Source: Felis catus (lineage: Eukaryota). From it: DNA of 64,000 nt. The position numbers and the translations under genes are program-made. Under the pieces are notes generated by a model. That model did no database searches and had not been told where the DNA came from. It was given only the letters and a program-made list of their open reading frames with translations. Below, one piece after another: positions 63,311-64,000 of the stretch. The DNA lies in contig NC_058382.1 of the NCBI RefSeq assembly GCF_018350175.1, forward strand, positions 53,508,001 to 53,572,000, written 5' to 3'. Numbering within the stretch: the first letter of the stretch is position 1; every line of letters begins with the position of its first letter.

Positions 63311-64000
63311 AGAGGAGTACAGACCCTGCAAATGGGGGTCTTGTGGGGCTGAGTGAGGCAGGGAGGGGGCAGGCACCGTCAGCTGGTCTTGGGCAAGAGA
63401 CCGGCGGATGAAATTACCTTTGCCTCCCTCGGCCTCACCAGCAGTCACGGCTGTCATGTCCCCGGGGTTCTGCTTGTTAGCGGTCACTCACCGTGCTGCG
63501 TGGCTGCAGAGGACGCACTGGAGTCTGCAGGCCTGGGGCGGGTTGCCAAGGCCAGGCTCTGGGAGCAGACAAGCAAAGCAGGGCCCGGCGCCTGGGCTCC
63601 CGTGTGCACCTTGTGGGCCCCGAAGGAGACCACAGGGTCGGCGAGGCAGGGAGACCTGCAATCCCATAGGCTGGGAGGGGTGGCCCGGCAGGAGCCTCGG
63701 AACTGAAGGAAGCAGGCCACCAGGTCGCAGGCAGCAGGCCCCTTCCATTTCTCACTTTCTATCAGTTCTCAGGGGCTCGGCTGCTCAACACTTTGTACAC
63801 ACATTTTGTTTTTTCCACAACTGTCAAATCAAATTGATTTTCAGTCATTTTAACCTGAGTAGGATCAGCAAACCAAGTCCCCCAGGTGAAAAGCTACTTT
63901 ATCAAAGAAGTCATTTATCCAATTCTTCTGCGATCAGAATAGAATTTTTGAGTGGCTTCGGGTAAATGAATAACCAATTCCGAAGGGTGTTGGCAACAAT

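Noticed and set aside
63353..63965. Overlapping ORFs in several frames
   Set aside because: GC-rich, stop-poor sequence opens many frames; not evidence of coding.

Overview
This is non-coding mammalian genomic DNA, almost certainly felid. The evidence is 17 carnivore tRNA-derived CanSINEs, six of them near-identical young SINEC_Fc-type copies, most with clear target-site duplications (TSDs). The rest is a mosaic of ancient eutherian repeats (many MIR and L2 fragments, MLT1/MER74-type LTRs, hAT elements MER58A/MER63/MER20/MER5, old L1M 3' ends, a HAL1/L1 ORF1 relic), microsatellites, and several repeat-free AT-rich islands dense in homeodomain/SOX/FOX/TCF-type words. Those islands look like distal developmental enhancers in a gene desert or very large intron. 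I found no convincing CDS, spliced exon, RNA gene, CRISPR array or foreign insert; the ORF track is explained by repeats or chance. I cannot support a new coding system here. The best leads are the candidate enhancer archipelago, an old dispersed ~110-bp duplication, a SINE-on-SINE reinsertion giving a triplicated target site, and a 73-bp microhomology-bounded tandem duplication. Repeat family names are from recall of consensus sequences, not a database run, and boundaries of old repeats are approximate.
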